A stretch of 64,000 nucleotides of DNA from Candidatus Cloacimonadales bacterium (GTDB lineage: Bacteria > Cloacimonadota > Cloacimonadia > Cloacimonadales > JAIOQZ01): the NCBI GenBank assembly GCA_963665815.1, contig OY762463.1, forward strand, positions 1,984,001-2,048,000, given 5' to 3'. Positions within the stretch are counted from its first letter, which is position 1; every line of letters starts with the position of its first letter. Position numbers and translations under genes: made by a program. Shown here piece by piece: positions 1 through 10,287 of the stretch. Under the pieces are notes generated by a model. That model was not told where the DNA came from. It worked only from the letters and a program-made list of their open reading frames with translations, and made no database searches.

Positions 1-523
1 AGTAATTGGAACAGAAAACTTGAAAGGCTGGACAAGCGGAATTCTTGCTTCAAATCATATGTCATATCTTGACCCTCCTCTTCTTGGTAGTGTTTCTACC
101 TTCCCGATTCATTTTGTCGCTAAAAAAGAGCTTTTCCAAATTCCGGTTCTTGGTTATATTATCAGGAAGCTGAACGCTTTCCCTATACGTCGGGGAACAA
201 TTGATAGAAAAGCACTTACTCACATGTCAGGTTTAATCGAGAATGGTGAATCAGTTTTAATTTTTCCAGAAGGAAGCAGAAAGAACTTCAGTGCTCGACC
301 TGGAATTGGAAAAGTAGCAATAACAGCTCAAAGTCCTGTACTACCTATCAAAATCGAGAACAGCAACAGATTAATGTCTGTAATTTTCGGTAAAAGAAAA
401 CTAAGAGTATTTATAGGTAAACCTGTGCAACCTGTTCAGGTGAAAGACACCGATAACGTAAAAGATATTTACAGAGAGTATTCGAAGAATATTCTCAGTT
501 TGATAAATTCACTAGGAAAATAG
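1..523 (+). CDS. plsC: 1-acyl-sn-glycerol-3-phosphate acyltransferase (5'-truncated by window edge)
   Basis: NHxSxxD (NHMSYLD) and FPEGSR acyltransferase motifs; frame is open to the window start. Confidence 0.9.
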   Translation, partial: VIGTENLKGWTSGILASNHMSYLDPPLLGSVSTFPIHFVAKKELFQIPVLGYIIRKLNAFPIRRGTIDRKALTHMSGLIENGESVLIFPEGSRKNFSARPGIGKVAITAQSPVLPIKIENSNRLMSVIFGKRKLRVFIGKPVQPVQVKDTDNVKDIYREYSKNILSLINSLGK

Positions 524-1426
524 ATGTGTATATGTAAGTATTCCATATCAATAGCCAAAAATTCCGGCTTTTGTTTTGGAGTAAAACGTGCAATAAAAAT
601 TACTTTGGAAGCCGCTGAACAGTACAAAAAGATTCAGACAATCGGACCATTAATACATAATCCTCAGATGGTGGAAAAACTTAAAGCCAACGGAGTGAAT
701 TATGTCAGTTCAATTGATAATGTTAAATCTGATTCCACAGTAATTATCCGATCACACGGAATCACAAAAGGCGCTTACAAAGATTTATCTGATAAGAAAG
801 TCAAAATTATAGACGCGACATGTCCATATGTCGCCAAGACTCAGCAATTTTGCAAAGAATTAAGTGAAAATGGTTTTCAGGTGGTAATTCTTGGAGACAG
901 GAACCATCCTGAAGTCGTAGCTCTGGAATCTTTTGTTAAAAGTAAAGCTATCATAGTATCCTCAGCTGAAGAACTTCCTCATGCAAATTACAAGAAACTG
1001 GGCATTATATCTCAAACTACCCAGACTTTCGATAAGTTTTCAGATTTAGCCAATAAGGCAATAGCCATGGCAAAGGAAGTTCATGTTGTTAACACAATAT
1101 GTAACGCAACAGATATAAGACAGCAATGTACATTGAAGTTAGCAGAAAAAAGCGATATAATGATAGTGATCGGGGGAAAAAACTCATCAAACACCAAGAT
1201 GCTGGCAAAAATCAGCAGCTCTGTAGTTTGTACTCATCATATCGAAACAAGCGATGAGCTTGATATGAAGTGGTTTGAAGGAAACCACAAAATTGGCATA
1301 ACAGCAGGTGCAAGCACACCTGACTGGATAATACTGGATATATATAATAAAATAATAGAACGATTGTGTGGCAGGAATCTTCAAGTCGCAGACATTGAAG
1401 AAATTCCTGGATACAAGGAGGAATGA
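524..1426 (+). CDS. ispH: 4-hydroxy-3-methylbut-2-enyl diphosphate reductase
   Basis: GFCFGVKRA, IHNP, DATCP, TICNAT, SSNT and GITAGASTP motifs. Confidence 0.95.
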   Translation: MCICKYSISIAKNSGFCFGVKRAIKITLEAAEQYKKIQTIGPLIHNPQMVEKLKANGVNYVSSIDNVKSDSTVIIRSHGITKGAYKDLSDKKVKIIDATCPYVAKTQQFCKELSENGFQVVILGDRNHPEVVALESFVKSKAIIVSSAEELPHANYKKLGIISQTTQTFDKFSDLANKAIAMAKEVHVVNTICNATDIRQQCTLKLAEKSDIMIVIGGKNSSNTKMLAKISSSVVCTHHIETSDELDMKWFEGNHKIGITAGASTPDWIILDIYNKIIERLCGRNLQVADIEEIPGYKEE

Positions 1427-3223
1427 ATGTTGTTTCAAGATCAAATGAACCAAGAAGAAATTGAAATTCAAAACGAAGTAACTGAACAGGAAACAGAAAA
1501 AACTGAAACTGAAGTTGCTGAAGAAAAAACCAAAGAAATGACCGAAGAAGAAAAAATGATGATGCTTTATGAAGAAACCTTCAGCAACATCAAACCCGGT
1601 CAGATAACAGAAGGTACTGTTATCAGCACAAACGAGAAAGAAGTTCTCGTTGATATCGGATTTAAATCTGAAGGATCTATTCCTATCTCAGAATTCTCCG
1701 ATGGTCATTTACCTGAAAAGCTTACCAAAATTCATGTGTTTATTAACGCAATTGAAGATGGTGAAGGAAAACTCAAACTTTCTAAAAAGAAAGCTGACTT
1801 CCTTCTTAATCTTGATAAGCTTCAGGGAATCTTCAAAAACGGTGAAACTGTTACCGGTAAGTTAAAACGACGTGTTAAAGGTGGAATGATTGCAGATATT
1901 TTCGGTCTGGAAGCATTTTTACCGGGATCTCAAATTTCTTTAAAGCCTATTCCTAATCTTGACCAGTTTATCGGTAAAGAAGCTGATTTTAAGATTATTA
2001 AGCTTGATCTCGACAGAAGAAATATTATTGTATCCAGAAAACTTGTTCTTGAGAAAGAACTTGAAGTTAAAAAGGAAACACTCAGAGAGCGTATCCAGCT
2101 GAACAAAGAACTCGATGGTGAAGTTAAAAACATTACAGATTATGGTGCATTCATTGATCTTGGTGGTATTGACGGTCTTCTTCATATCACAGATATGTCA
2201 TGGGGAAGAATAAAACATCCTTCCGAAATGCTTAACATCGGTGACAGACTTAAAGTCAAAATCATCGATTATGATGAAGAAAACGATAAGGTTTCCCTTG
2301 GACTTAAACAACTTGTTCCACATCCATGGGAAAACATCGAAAGCAAATATCCTGAAGGACACATTATTTCAGGAAAAGTTGTGAATATCACAAATTACGG
2401 TGCTTTCGTAGAACTTGAACCTGGTGTTGAAGGACTTGTTCATGTTTCAGAAATGTCCTGGACAAAGAAAGTCAACCATCCTAATCAAGTTGTTAAAGTT
2501 GGTGATAATGTTAAAGCTGTGGTACTTTCAGTATCAAAAGAAAAACAAAAAATTTCACTCGGTATCAAACAAATGGAACCAAACCCATGGTTCACAATTG
2601 ATACTCGTTATCCTGAAGGAACAACTGTAACACGTAAGATTAAAAACATCACTCCATTTGGTGTGTTTGTTGAACTTGAAGATGATATTGACGGACTTAT
2701 CCATATATCTGATATCTCCTGGACAAAACGTATTTATCATCCAAAAGAAGTTTACAAAGTGGGACAGGAAATTGAAGCTAAAATTATTACAATCGACAAA
2801 GCAATGCACAGAGTAGCACTCGGTGTAAAACAGCTTCATGATGATCCATGGAATAACCTTGATGAAAAACTTCCTGTAAATACAGAAGTTACCGGTGTTG
2901 TTTCAAAACTTATACCTAAAGGTATTCTCGTTGATGTAAATATCGACGATTCTATTGTTGAAGGTTTTGTACCAATGTCTCACCTCGGTATTCCTAAAAC
3001 CGAAAACATCCAGTATGCTTTTGATGTGAACGAAGAACTTCCACTTAAAGTAATAGAACTGGATATCGAAAACAGAAGACTTATTCTTAGTGTAAAAGCC
3101 TTCTTCTTTGGAAAAAACAAGGACGAAAAAGTTGCATATTTCCGTGAACATGAGCAGAGAATTCAAGATAGAATCAACTCAGATCATACACCAATGGAAA
3201 TCAGTGACGAAGAACCTCACTAA
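1427..3223 (+). CDS. rpsA: 30S ribosomal protein S1
   Basis: Repeated S1 domains (YGAFIDLGGIDGLLHITDMSW); AAGGAGG RBS. Confidence 0.96.
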   Translation: MLFQDQMNQEEIEIQNEVTEQETEKTETEVAEEKTKEMTEEEKMMMLYEETFSNIKPGQITEGTVISTNEKEVLVDIGFKSEGSIPISEFSDGHLPEKLTKIHVFINAIEDGEGKLKLSKKKADFLLNLDKLQGIFKNGETVTGKLKRRVKGGMIADIFGLEAFLPGSQISLKPIPNLDQFIGKEADFKIIKLDLDRRNIIVSRKLVLEKELEVKKETLRERIQLNKELDGEVKNITDYGAFIDLGGIDGLLHITDMSWGRIKHPSEMLNIGDRLKVKIIDYDEENDKVSLGLKQLVPHPWENIESKYPEGHIISGKVVNITNYGAFVELEPGVEGLVHVSEMSWTKKVNHPNQVVKVGDNVKAVVLSVSKEKQKISLGIKQMEPNPWFTIDTRYPEGTTVTRKIKNITPFGVFVELEDDIDGLIHISDISWTKRIYHPKEVYKVGQEIEAKIITIDKAMHRVALGVKQLHDDPWNNLDEKLPVNTEVTGVVSKLIPKGILVDVNIDDSIVEGFVPMSHLGIPKTENIQYAFDVNEELPLKVIELDIENRRLILSVKAFFFGKNKDEKVAYFREHEQRIQDRINSDHTPMEISDEEPH

Positions 3224-3241
3224 GAAAATCATATATTATAT

Positions 3242-3278
3242 AAAAGAGACTGGCGTAATCCAGTCTCTTTTTTTTTTT
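3242..3278. terminator. Bidirectional intrinsic terminator
   Basis: AAAAGAGACTGG-cgtaat-CCAGTCTCTTTT followed by a T run, between convergent genes. Confidence 0.85.
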
Positions 3279-3295
3279 GAAAATCTTCTTACTCA

Positions 3296-3883
3296 TTAAG
3301 AGAATGCTCTCATGCACCAGTTGTAATAAAATGCTCTCAGCTCTTTCTTCTTTTCAGTAAGCTCAACATAGTAACTTACCTGTAATCCGATAAAAGTCTT
3401 CACTACTGCGTTGATGATATCATTCCTGTGAAGCTGATTAACCATAGCGACTGTTTTTGTACCTATAATTCCATCTACAACCAGATCATCTCCAAATCGA
3501 TTCCTCTTGTTTGCATAGTTTAACGATCTCTGAAGCACTTTCACACCATTCTGAGTCCCCGCATTAAATGAGAACTCGTAGAGCTTCCAGGCAATCAATT
3601 CGCTACTCAGAAGATTACACTTATGATCCTTCCACCATGAATAATAGAAATCTCTAACAAGTTTCATAAAACCGGGATCTGATTCCAGATGGTTTACAAT
3701 ATCTTCCGTTCCGAATTCTGCTTTCACACTATCCAGTTTATCCCATAGCTCTTTGTAATTTTCTTCATGAAATCTTCTGCTTATTCCGAAAATTGTTTCC
3801 TGCCCGGGATCAACAGGATTATTTGCATAACCACCCTCTAACTTCCTTAGCTTAACATAACATTTGTTGAAAAAGTCATTCAT
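3296..3883 (-). CDS. Glycoside hydrolase family 108 lysozyme with peptidoglycan-binding tail
   Basis: LEGGYANNPVDPGQETIFGIS and VDGIIGTKT motifs; start moved to MNDFF, which follows a GGAG. Confidence 0.8.
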   Translation of the reverse strand: MNDFFNKCYVKLRKLEGGYANNPVDPGQETIFGISRRFHEENYKELWDKLDSVKAEFGTEDIVNHLESDPGFMKLVRDFYYSWWKDHKCNLLSSELIAWKLYEFSFNAGTQNGVKVLQRSLNYANKRNRFGDDLVVDGIIGTKTVAMVNQLHRNDIINAVVKTFIGLQVSYYVELTEKKKELRAFYYNWCMRAFS

Positions 3884-3912
3884 ACATACTCCACTTTCCT
3901 TACATTGTTCCT

Positions 3913-3947
3913 CAAAAAAAAGGAGTCCTCCAGTACAGGAGAACTCC
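3913..3947 (-). terminator. Terminator of the rnf operon
   Basis: GGAGTTCTCC...GGAGGACTCC hairpin followed by a T run on the minus strand. Confidence 0.7.
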
Positions 3948-3966
3948 ATATATGTTTATTGAATAA

Positions 3967-4860
3967 TTAAGCGTTTTCTTCTGCTTTCTTTTTGGCAGCA
4001 AGTGCAGCTTCAGCTTTTTTCTTTGCTTCTGCTCTCTTCTTAGCTCTAATTTCTTTAAGAGGATCGAATATCGCACTTGTTGGACATGCATCGGCACATA
4101 AACCGCAGTTTATACACTTATCATAGTCTATTGTTGCCAGGAAATTTTCAACTTTGATTGCATCTTTAGGGCATTTTTTAACACAAATACCACAACCGAT
4201 ACAAGCAGTTTTATTTCCGCAATTTTTACGGGCTACAGCCCCCATATCTTTAGACATGCACATTATATGAACACGTTTTTTCTCACTGACAAGTTCAATA
4301 AGATGTCTTGGACATGCTTTAACACAAGCACCGCAACCGGTACATTTTTCCTTATCAATTACACGCATTCCGTTTTCATCAATTGAGATTGCATCAAACA
4401 GACATACATCCATACAATCGTTTTGATAAACACATCCGAAATCACAGAGGTTTGGTCCACCTGCAACCTGAACAGCAGCTTTACAGGTAGGAATACCTTC
4501 ATACTCGAATCTGAAGTAAGTATTGTTTGTTCCACCGCTCTGACAGTGAATAACAGCAATCTTCTTATCTCCTGCTTCTGCAGATTGCCCCATGATATCA
4601 GCAATCTTTCCGACAACTTCTGCCCCACCCGGAGCACATTTATTCAGTTGATTACCTTCGTTAACAATTGATTCTGCGTATGCTCCACAACCCGGAACTC
4701 CACATGCACCACAATTTGCCCCCGGAAGAGCTTCAATAATCTGTTCTATCTTAGGATCAACTTCCACGTAGAATGCTTTGGAAGCAATTGCCAGAAACAG
4801 ACCATAAGCAAGCCCGAGAACTCCAACAACCGCAGCTGGTATTAATATTACAGTCATCAT
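3967..4860 (-). CDS. rnfB: Rnf complex subunit B
   Basis: [14 protein letters not shown] motif and several CxxCxxCxxxCP ferredoxin motifs. Confidence 0.93.
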   Translation of the reverse strand: MMTVILIPAAVVGVLGLAYGLFLAIASKAFYVEVDPKIEQIIEALPGANCGACGVPGCGAYAESIVNEGNQLNKCAPGGAEVVGKIADIMGQSAEAGDKKIAVIHCQSGGTNNTYFRFEYEGIPTCKAAVQVAGGPNLCDFGCVYQNDCMDVCLFDAISIDENGMRVIDKEKCTGCGACVKACPRHLIELVSEKKRVHIMCMSKDMGAVARKNCGNKTACIGCGICVKKCPKDAIKVENFLATIDYDKCINCGLCADACPTSAIFDPLKEIRAKKRAEAKKKAEAALAAKKKAEENA

Positions 4861-4866
4861 TCCCCC

Positions 4867-5472
4867 TTAGAATTTCATGCCTGCGAAACCAAGGAAAGCA
4901 AGAGCCATACATCCGGCAATAATGAATGCAATAGGCATACCTTTCATGGTTTCAGGAACTTCTGCTTTTTCAAGTCTTTCACGGATTCCGGCCATCAGAA
5001 CAAGTACTAATGTAAAACCAACTCCCGCGAAAAATCCCTGAAGGGTTGAATAAATGAAATTATATGATGTGCCATCAGCCCATTTTGAATCAATATTAAG
5101 AATAGAAACACCAAGTACAGCACAGTTGGTTGTGATCAACGGAAGGAACACACCAAGTGATTTGTAAAGAGCAGGTGCCATTTTCTGAATTGCCATTTCC
5201 ACAAACTGCACCAGAGATGCAATTGTCAGGATAAAGGTAATTGTCTGTAAATACTGAATATTAAGTGGAATAAGCACATAATATTGTAAAATATATGTTA
5301 TGATAGACGCAAGCGTCATAACAAAAATAACTGCCATACCCATTCCAGCAGCGGAATCGAGTTTTTTAGATACACCAATATAAGGACATAATCCAAGAAA
5401 ACGGGCAAGCACATAATTCTGTACGAATATAGAGGCAATAGCAATCGCTACGATTTTTCCTAAAAATTCCAT
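4867..5472 (-). CDS. rnfA: Rnf complex subunit A
   Basis: FLGLCP and LPLITTNCAVLG motifs. Confidence 0.93.
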   Translation of the reverse strand: MEFLGKIVAIAIASIFVQNYVLARFLGLCPYIGVSKKLDSAAGMGMAVIFVMTLASIITYILQYYVLIPLNIQYLQTITFILTIASLVQFVEMAIQKMAPALYKSLGVFLPLITTNCAVLGVSILNIDSKWADGTSYNFIYSTLQGFFAGVGFTLVLVLMAGIRERLEKAEVPETMKGMPIAFIIAGCMALAFLGFAGMKF

Positions 5473-5483
5473 GTACTACTCCC

Positions 5484-6077
5484 TTATTTTTTCTTCTTGC
5501 TTAAGATGTTAATCAATCCCATCAGCAGGCCAAGAGTAAAGAATGCTCCCGGAGCCAGAATAGCGGCAAGCATTGGCTGATAGCTTGAAGGCAGAACATT
5601 AATGCCGAGGAATTGACCTGCACCGAGTACTTCACGAATTGCTGCAAGTACAACGAGTGCAAATGTAAATCCGAAACCCATTCCAAAACCATCAATAATG
5701 GATGAAAGAACATTATTCTTGCTGGCAAAAGCTTCCGCTCTACCAAGAATAATACAGTTCACCACAATAAGCGGTATGAATAGACCAAGACTCTTGTGAA
5801 CCTCAGGCACATATGCGTGCATCATCATATCCACAATTGTTACGAAAGATGCAATGATTACTATATAAGCAGGTATTCTGACTTGAGATGGAATTACTTT
5901 TTTTAATAATGATATAAAGATATTAGACATTACAAGTACGAATGTAGCTGCAAGTCCCATACCTATAGCATTCATAACCGATGATGTCACAGCAAGTGTA
6001 GGACAGAGACCCAATGCCATAACGAAAACAGGATTTTCTTTTACGAATCCTTTAGTAAACTCTTTCATTAAAGACAT
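5484..6077 (-). CDS. rnfE: Rnf complex subunit E
   Basis: LGLCPTLAVT and IPLIVVNCIILGRAEAFA motifs. Confidence 0.93.
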   Translation of the reverse strand: MSLMKEFTKGFVKENPVFVMALGLCPTLAVTSSVMNAIGMGLAATFVLVMSNIFISLLKKVIPSQVRIPAYIVIIASFVTIVDMMMHAYVPEVHKSLGLFIPLIVVNCIILGRAEAFASKNNVLSSIIDGFGMGFGFTFALVVLAAIREVLGAGQFLGINVLPSSYQPMLAAILAPGAFFTLGLLMGLINILSKKKK

Positions 6078-6085
6078 GTTTCCCC

Positions 6086-6619
6086 CTATTGAGCTGCAAC
6101 AGCATCTGACAATGATTTGATTCCGGCACTTATAGATTTTGTGATAGCTCTGGTTGTAATTGTTGCTCCTGTAATACTGGCAATTTTACCACCATCTTTA
6201 TCAACTTTAAGTGTTGGCATTGTCTGTTTCTCGAAACGAGGAGCAAAATCGTCTTTCACACAATTAGCACCAAGTCCCGGAGTTTCAGATTGATATATTA
6301 TTTTGATATTCTGAACTTCAAGAGCAGTATTAACACCGACCATTGTCTGAATTGTACTGCTGTAACCAGGTCCGTAAGCTATAAAAGTATAGCCGATAAC
6401 ATTACCATTATCATCCAGACCGTCAAAGTACTTGAATCCGTCTTTTTCATGTTCAGCAAAATCTTTTGCTTCGGACAATACGTCTGATCGGGCTATTCTT
6501 TCAGCTTCAGCCTGATTTTTCTTAATTATAGGATCTGTTAACTGGTTTACATACGCGAGTATACCACTGGCAATACCTGCGATCAAAAGCAATACTACGG
6601 AAAGTCTTACAAAATACAT
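6086..6619 (-). CDS. rnfG: Rnf complex subunit G
   Basis: ETPGLG and FMN-attachment ITGATIT motifs. Confidence 0.92.
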   Translation of the reverse strand: MYFVRLSVVLLLIAGIASGILAYVNQLTDPIIKKNQAEAERIARSDVLSEAKDFAEHEKDGFKYFDGLDDNGNVIGYTFIAYGPGYSSTIQTMVGVNTALEVQNIKIIYQSETPGLGANCVKDDFAPRFEKQTMPTLKVDKDGGKIASITGATITTRAITKSISAGIKSLSDAVAAQ

Positions 6620-7674
6620 TATTTCCTTACCTCCCCGAACGCTTTTGGAACAGTGAATCTGTCAATAAGCGGAACTGCAATGTTCATAAGCAGAATTGAG
6701 TATGAAACACCTTCAGGATATCCACCGACAAATCTGATAATGATTGTCAGAAGTCCACATCCGAAACCAAAAATCAAACGTCCTTTTTTAGTTACAGGTG
6801 AAGTCACCATATCTGTTGCCATGAAGAATGCACCGAGGATAAGTCCACCTGCGAATACGTGGTACAGACCAATTGAGAAAGTACCGCTGAAAGGTCCTTT
6901 TACTCCACCAAAAATATATGCTAATACAAATACTGTTACAATGTAACTGACCGGAATTCTCCATTCAATAATTCTTTTGAATGCAAGATATGCTGCACCA
7001 ATAAGCAGAGCTGCAACGGAAACTTCCCCGATAACTCCACCAATATTACCCCAGAACAGATTTGATAATGTGTCCATTCCGGTAATCTGGTTCATGGCAT
7101 TGTAAGCAACTTCCTGTGAAACCTGAGTAGTATCTCTTAATGCTTTTACTACTCCGAGAGGTGTTGCTGATGTAACGAGATTAGATACTTTTTCGGTTAA
7201 TCCCGCAGGATTAATACCACTGATTGATTCAAATTTTGTAGCAGTCCATCCTGCAGTTGTAAGAGTAGGCCAGGATGCAACTAAGAAAGCTCTACCAAGA
7301 AGGGCAGGATTCATTGGGTTATGACCAAGTCCGCCAAATACCTGTTTACCGATTGCTATTGCAAATACAGAACCAACAACAGGCAGCCACCAGGGTGAAG
7401 CTACATTAATATTAAAAGAAACCAACATTCCGGTTACAACAGCACTACCATCGGCTATTGTGACAGGAAGTTTGCGAAATTTTTGTATGGCTGCTTCAGT
7501 AAGACATGCTGCAATGATTCCGTACAGTGTAAGGAAAAGAGCATTAATGCCGAAAATAATAACACTGGCAATTAATGCAGGAACAAGTGCAATTGCAACC
7601 TGCCACATAACAGAAGCTACAGAATTCTTATCGTGCAAATGAGGTGATGCCGATACAACGTAGCCTTTATTCAT
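6619..7674 (-). CDS. rnfD: Rnf complex subunit D
   Basis: SPH, KQVFGGLG.NP.NPAL, SATPL and FMATD motifs. Confidence 0.93.
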   Translation of the reverse strand: MNKGYVVSASPHLHDKNSVASVMWQVAIALVPALIASVIIFGINALFLTLYGIIAACLTEAAIQKFRKLPVTIADGSAVVTGMLVSFNINVASPWWLPVVGSVFAIAIGKQVFGGLGHNPMNPALLGRAFLVASWPTLTTAGWTATKFESISGINPAGLTEKVSNLVTSATPLGVVKALRDTTQVSQEVAYNAMNQITGMDTLSNLFWGNIGGVIGEVSVAALLIGAAYLAFKRIIEWRIPVSYIVTVFVLAYIFGGVKGPFSGTFSIGLYHVFAGGLILGAFFMATDMVTSPVTKKGRLIFGFGCGLLTIIIRFVGGYPEGVSYSILLMNIAVPLIDRFTVPKAFGEVRK

Positions 7675-7685
7675 ACATCCTCCAT

Positions 7686-9011
7686 TTATTTCTTAGCTTT
7701 TTTCATTTCGTAAATTTTATTCTTACCTATATCTATCCACTGAATAAGTTTAATGTGTGATGGACAGACATAAGCACAGCTTCCGCATTTCATACAATCC
7801 ATACATCCTGCCTTATCAGCAGTTTCGAAGTCATTGTACTTAACAGCAGATGCTATCATACTTGGAACGAGATTAAGAGGACATATATCTACACAGCTTC
7901 CGCATCTGAGACAAGTATGCTCCTCACTTTTCTTTGCCATTTTCTTATCAAAGAAAAGCAGTCCTGAACTGGTTTTAGCTACCGGAGGCTCCAAAGATGA
8001 AATAGCAAATCCCATCATAGGTCCACCGGAAATTATTTTTCCGATTTCCTCAGTTGTACCACCACAGAACTCAAGAAGGTTCGAGAATGGTGTTCCAACT
8101 CTGGCAAGCAAGTTTTTAGGATCCTTTACAATTGAACCTGTAACCGTGATTACTCTCTGGATACATGGTTTCTTGTAGCGAACTGCTTCGTAAACTGCAG
8201 CCGCTGTACCGGTATTATCAACAACAACACCGCAATCCATCGGAAGACCACCCTTGTTAGGAACTTTTCTCCTGGTTGCAGCATAGATAAGTTGTTTTTC
8301 AGCACCTTGTGGATACTTGATTTTCAATCCGACAACACTGATATTTGATTCACTTTTAACAAGATCATTCATGTGCTTGATAGCATCAGGTTTATTCGCT
8401 TCAATACCGATAAATCCCTTTTTTGCATCTACTATCTTCATGATAATCTTCAATCCGTTAATAATCTCTTCTGCGTTTTCAAGCATCATTCTGTAGTCTG
8501 CAGTAAGAAACGGCTCACATTCAACTCCATTCAGAATAATTGTGTCGATAGGCTTGTCTTTCGGAGGAGAAAGTTTCACATGAGTTGGAAATCCGGCTCC
8601 ACCCATTCCGCAGACTCCGGCTTCCTGGATTCTTTTTTTCATCTCGTCAACTGACAGATTCATGTAATCCTTATCATCAACTGTTTCTACCCACTCATCT
8701 TCACCATTTCCAGTAATTTCGATCGCCATTCCAGATGTTCCGGAAGGATGAGGGAATTTGCCAATCTTTGTTACCGTTCCTGTTATGCTGGAATGCATGG
8801 GAATGGAAACAAAACCGCCTGCTTCAGCAATAAGCTGCCCGGTTTTTACCTCGTCTTTTAGTTTCACGACAGGCTTTGCCGGAGCACCAATATGCTGAGA
8901 CAATGGTATAATTACCTTGCCTGGCAATGGGGGTTGTTCAATTGAAGCTTTTTTGGAAAACTCTTTGTAATCATGTGGATGGACTCCACCTGGAAAAGAT
9001 TTTAATCCCAT
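7686..9011 (-). CDS. rnfC: Rnf complex subunit C
   Basis: GGVHP, QHIGAPA, GMGGAGFPTHVK and ECEP motifs; two 4Fe-4S motifs. Confidence 0.94.
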   Translation of the reverse strand: MGLKSFPGGVHPHDYKEFSKKASIEQPPLPGKVIIPLSQHIGAPAKPVVKLKDEVKTGQLIAEAGGFVSIPMHSSITGTVTKIGKFPHPSGTSGMAIEITGNGEDEWVETVDDKDYMNLSVDEMKKRIQEAGVCGMGGAGFPTHVKLSPPKDKPIDTIILNGVECEPFLTADYRMMLENAEEIINGLKIIMKIVDAKKGFIGIEANKPDAIKHMNDLVKSESNISVVGLKIKYPQGAEKQLIYAATRRKVPNKGGLPMDCGVVVDNTGTAAAVYEAVRYKKPCIQRVITVTGSIVKDPKNLLARVGTPFSNLLEFCGGTTEEIGKIISGGPMMGFAISSLEPPVAKTSSGLLFFDKKMAKKSEEHTCLRCGSCVDICPLNLVPSMIASAVKYNDFETADKAGCMDCMKCGSCAYVCPSHIKLIQWIDIGKNKIYEMKKAKK

Positions 9012-9250
9012 AATATCTCCATATTTTATAGTTATGTATCTTTAATATTCCATTTGAAACTGATAAAAAAAATCTGAATTTGTGATGTAGTTGATGCACT
9101 CTCTGACAATGAGTTAACAGATTGCACCTATTCAATAATTTTTTATCAATTAAATCAATGACAATATTTTCATGTATTTTAATTTGTCAAAGCATTATTA
9201 TGTAAGAAAGTGCAGTTTATTTACAAGCATATTTAAAATGGTAAATCAAT

Positions 9251-9405
9251 GAGAGCTGTACACAATAGCAAAAACAAGTAGCTTTGGTGAAAAAATTCGA
9301 TGAGATATTTGTAATCAACAGGAAAACCTCTTAGAAATGCTAATTTTGAGTTAGAATCTGATGGATTATGAAATCGGTCGCTGCCTCCAATTGTAAAATG
9401 CTCTC
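9251..9405. mobile_element. MITE family B, copy 1 (~155 bp)
   Basis: Imperfect TIR GAGAGC...GCTCTC flanked by TCAAT on both sides; similar along its length to 21034-21189. Confidence 0.7.
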
Positions 9406-9441
9406 TCAATATGTATTTCATAGATTCAAAAGCTAATAACA

Positions 9442-9466
9442 AAAAAAGAGCCCCTCAGGGCTCTTT
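9442..9466 (-). terminator. Intrinsic terminator with no annotated upstream gene
   Basis: AAAGAGCCC-ctca-GGGCTCTTT preceded by an A run on the plus strand. Confidence 0.65.
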
Positions 9467-10226
9467 ACCTTAAACCGACGTTTGATTTTGAAATTAATAA
9501 AACTAAAAAACAATTAAACTTTCGAATATGAATATTCCGGGATATTTTTTCATGTACTTTTCAAGAATCACACTTTTTATATATACATGTTCTGTGCCAA
9601 TTGCCTGATCCTGAAAAAATATCACATTTTTAATTTTATATTACTTAATTTTCACAGAGCATGCAAAAATCCGATTTCACGCACTCCTCAAACATATTCA
9701 GAGTATAGTCATCAGGTTTAAATTATTAGACAAATAGCTACATATTCCCCGATTTAGAAGAATGGAATAAATTTAATGAGAAAACATTGCCTACCTTAAT
9801 CCGAACCTTCATTATTCGTTTTCGCATACCCGATATCGAATACCGTCTTCGATATCGAAGAATAACCCCCTCCTTTATGCTGAAAAAAAGTCTTTTCCGT
9901 AAAAAAAACGATATATGAGCTCAATTTGTCGTTTGAAAAATAAGTTTATTTTCACACTTCCACAACCGGTATTTATCGGCTGTTTTTTTTGTGCCCCAAA
10001 AAAATTTCTGTAAAAAAAGACACCGCAAAATACAAACCATGTCAATTGACAATCCGACCACTGCAAACTGAACTTATTACAATTTCTTAATCAAGAATGT
10101 GCAATATACTGTCTAACTTCATTTCATTTTAATCTGATCATTCTGATTATGTATCTTTTTGTATTTACATATTTTTACATGGTTATTTAAACAATTTACA
10201 CCTATGCTTTTACTGAATTATTTGTC

Positions 10227-10255
10227 TTGACGCTCCTTGAACCAATTAGTATATT
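10227..10255 (+). promoter_or_regulatory. Sigma70-type promoter (repeated at 11612-11640)
   Basis: TTGACG-N17-TATATT in both duplicated units. Confidence 0.65.
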
Positions 10256-10287
10256 TTCAATGTGTGGAAATTAATATCGGAGGTAAA

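Noticed and set aside
3296-3949. Prophage around the lysozyme
   Set aside because: Flanks are rpsA and rnf; no phage structural or integration genes.
9060-9150. Rex operator or riboswitch upstream of rnfC
   Set aside because: No convincing TTGTGAA-N4-TTCACAA match or recognisable aptamer; only weak AT-rich inverted repeats.
9233-9442. 69-aa ORF, and likewise 35343-35639, 23790-24098, 26473-26721 and 28545-28787
   Set aside because: These overlap MITEs, REPs or Rhs frames and have no recognisable motifs; likely spurious.
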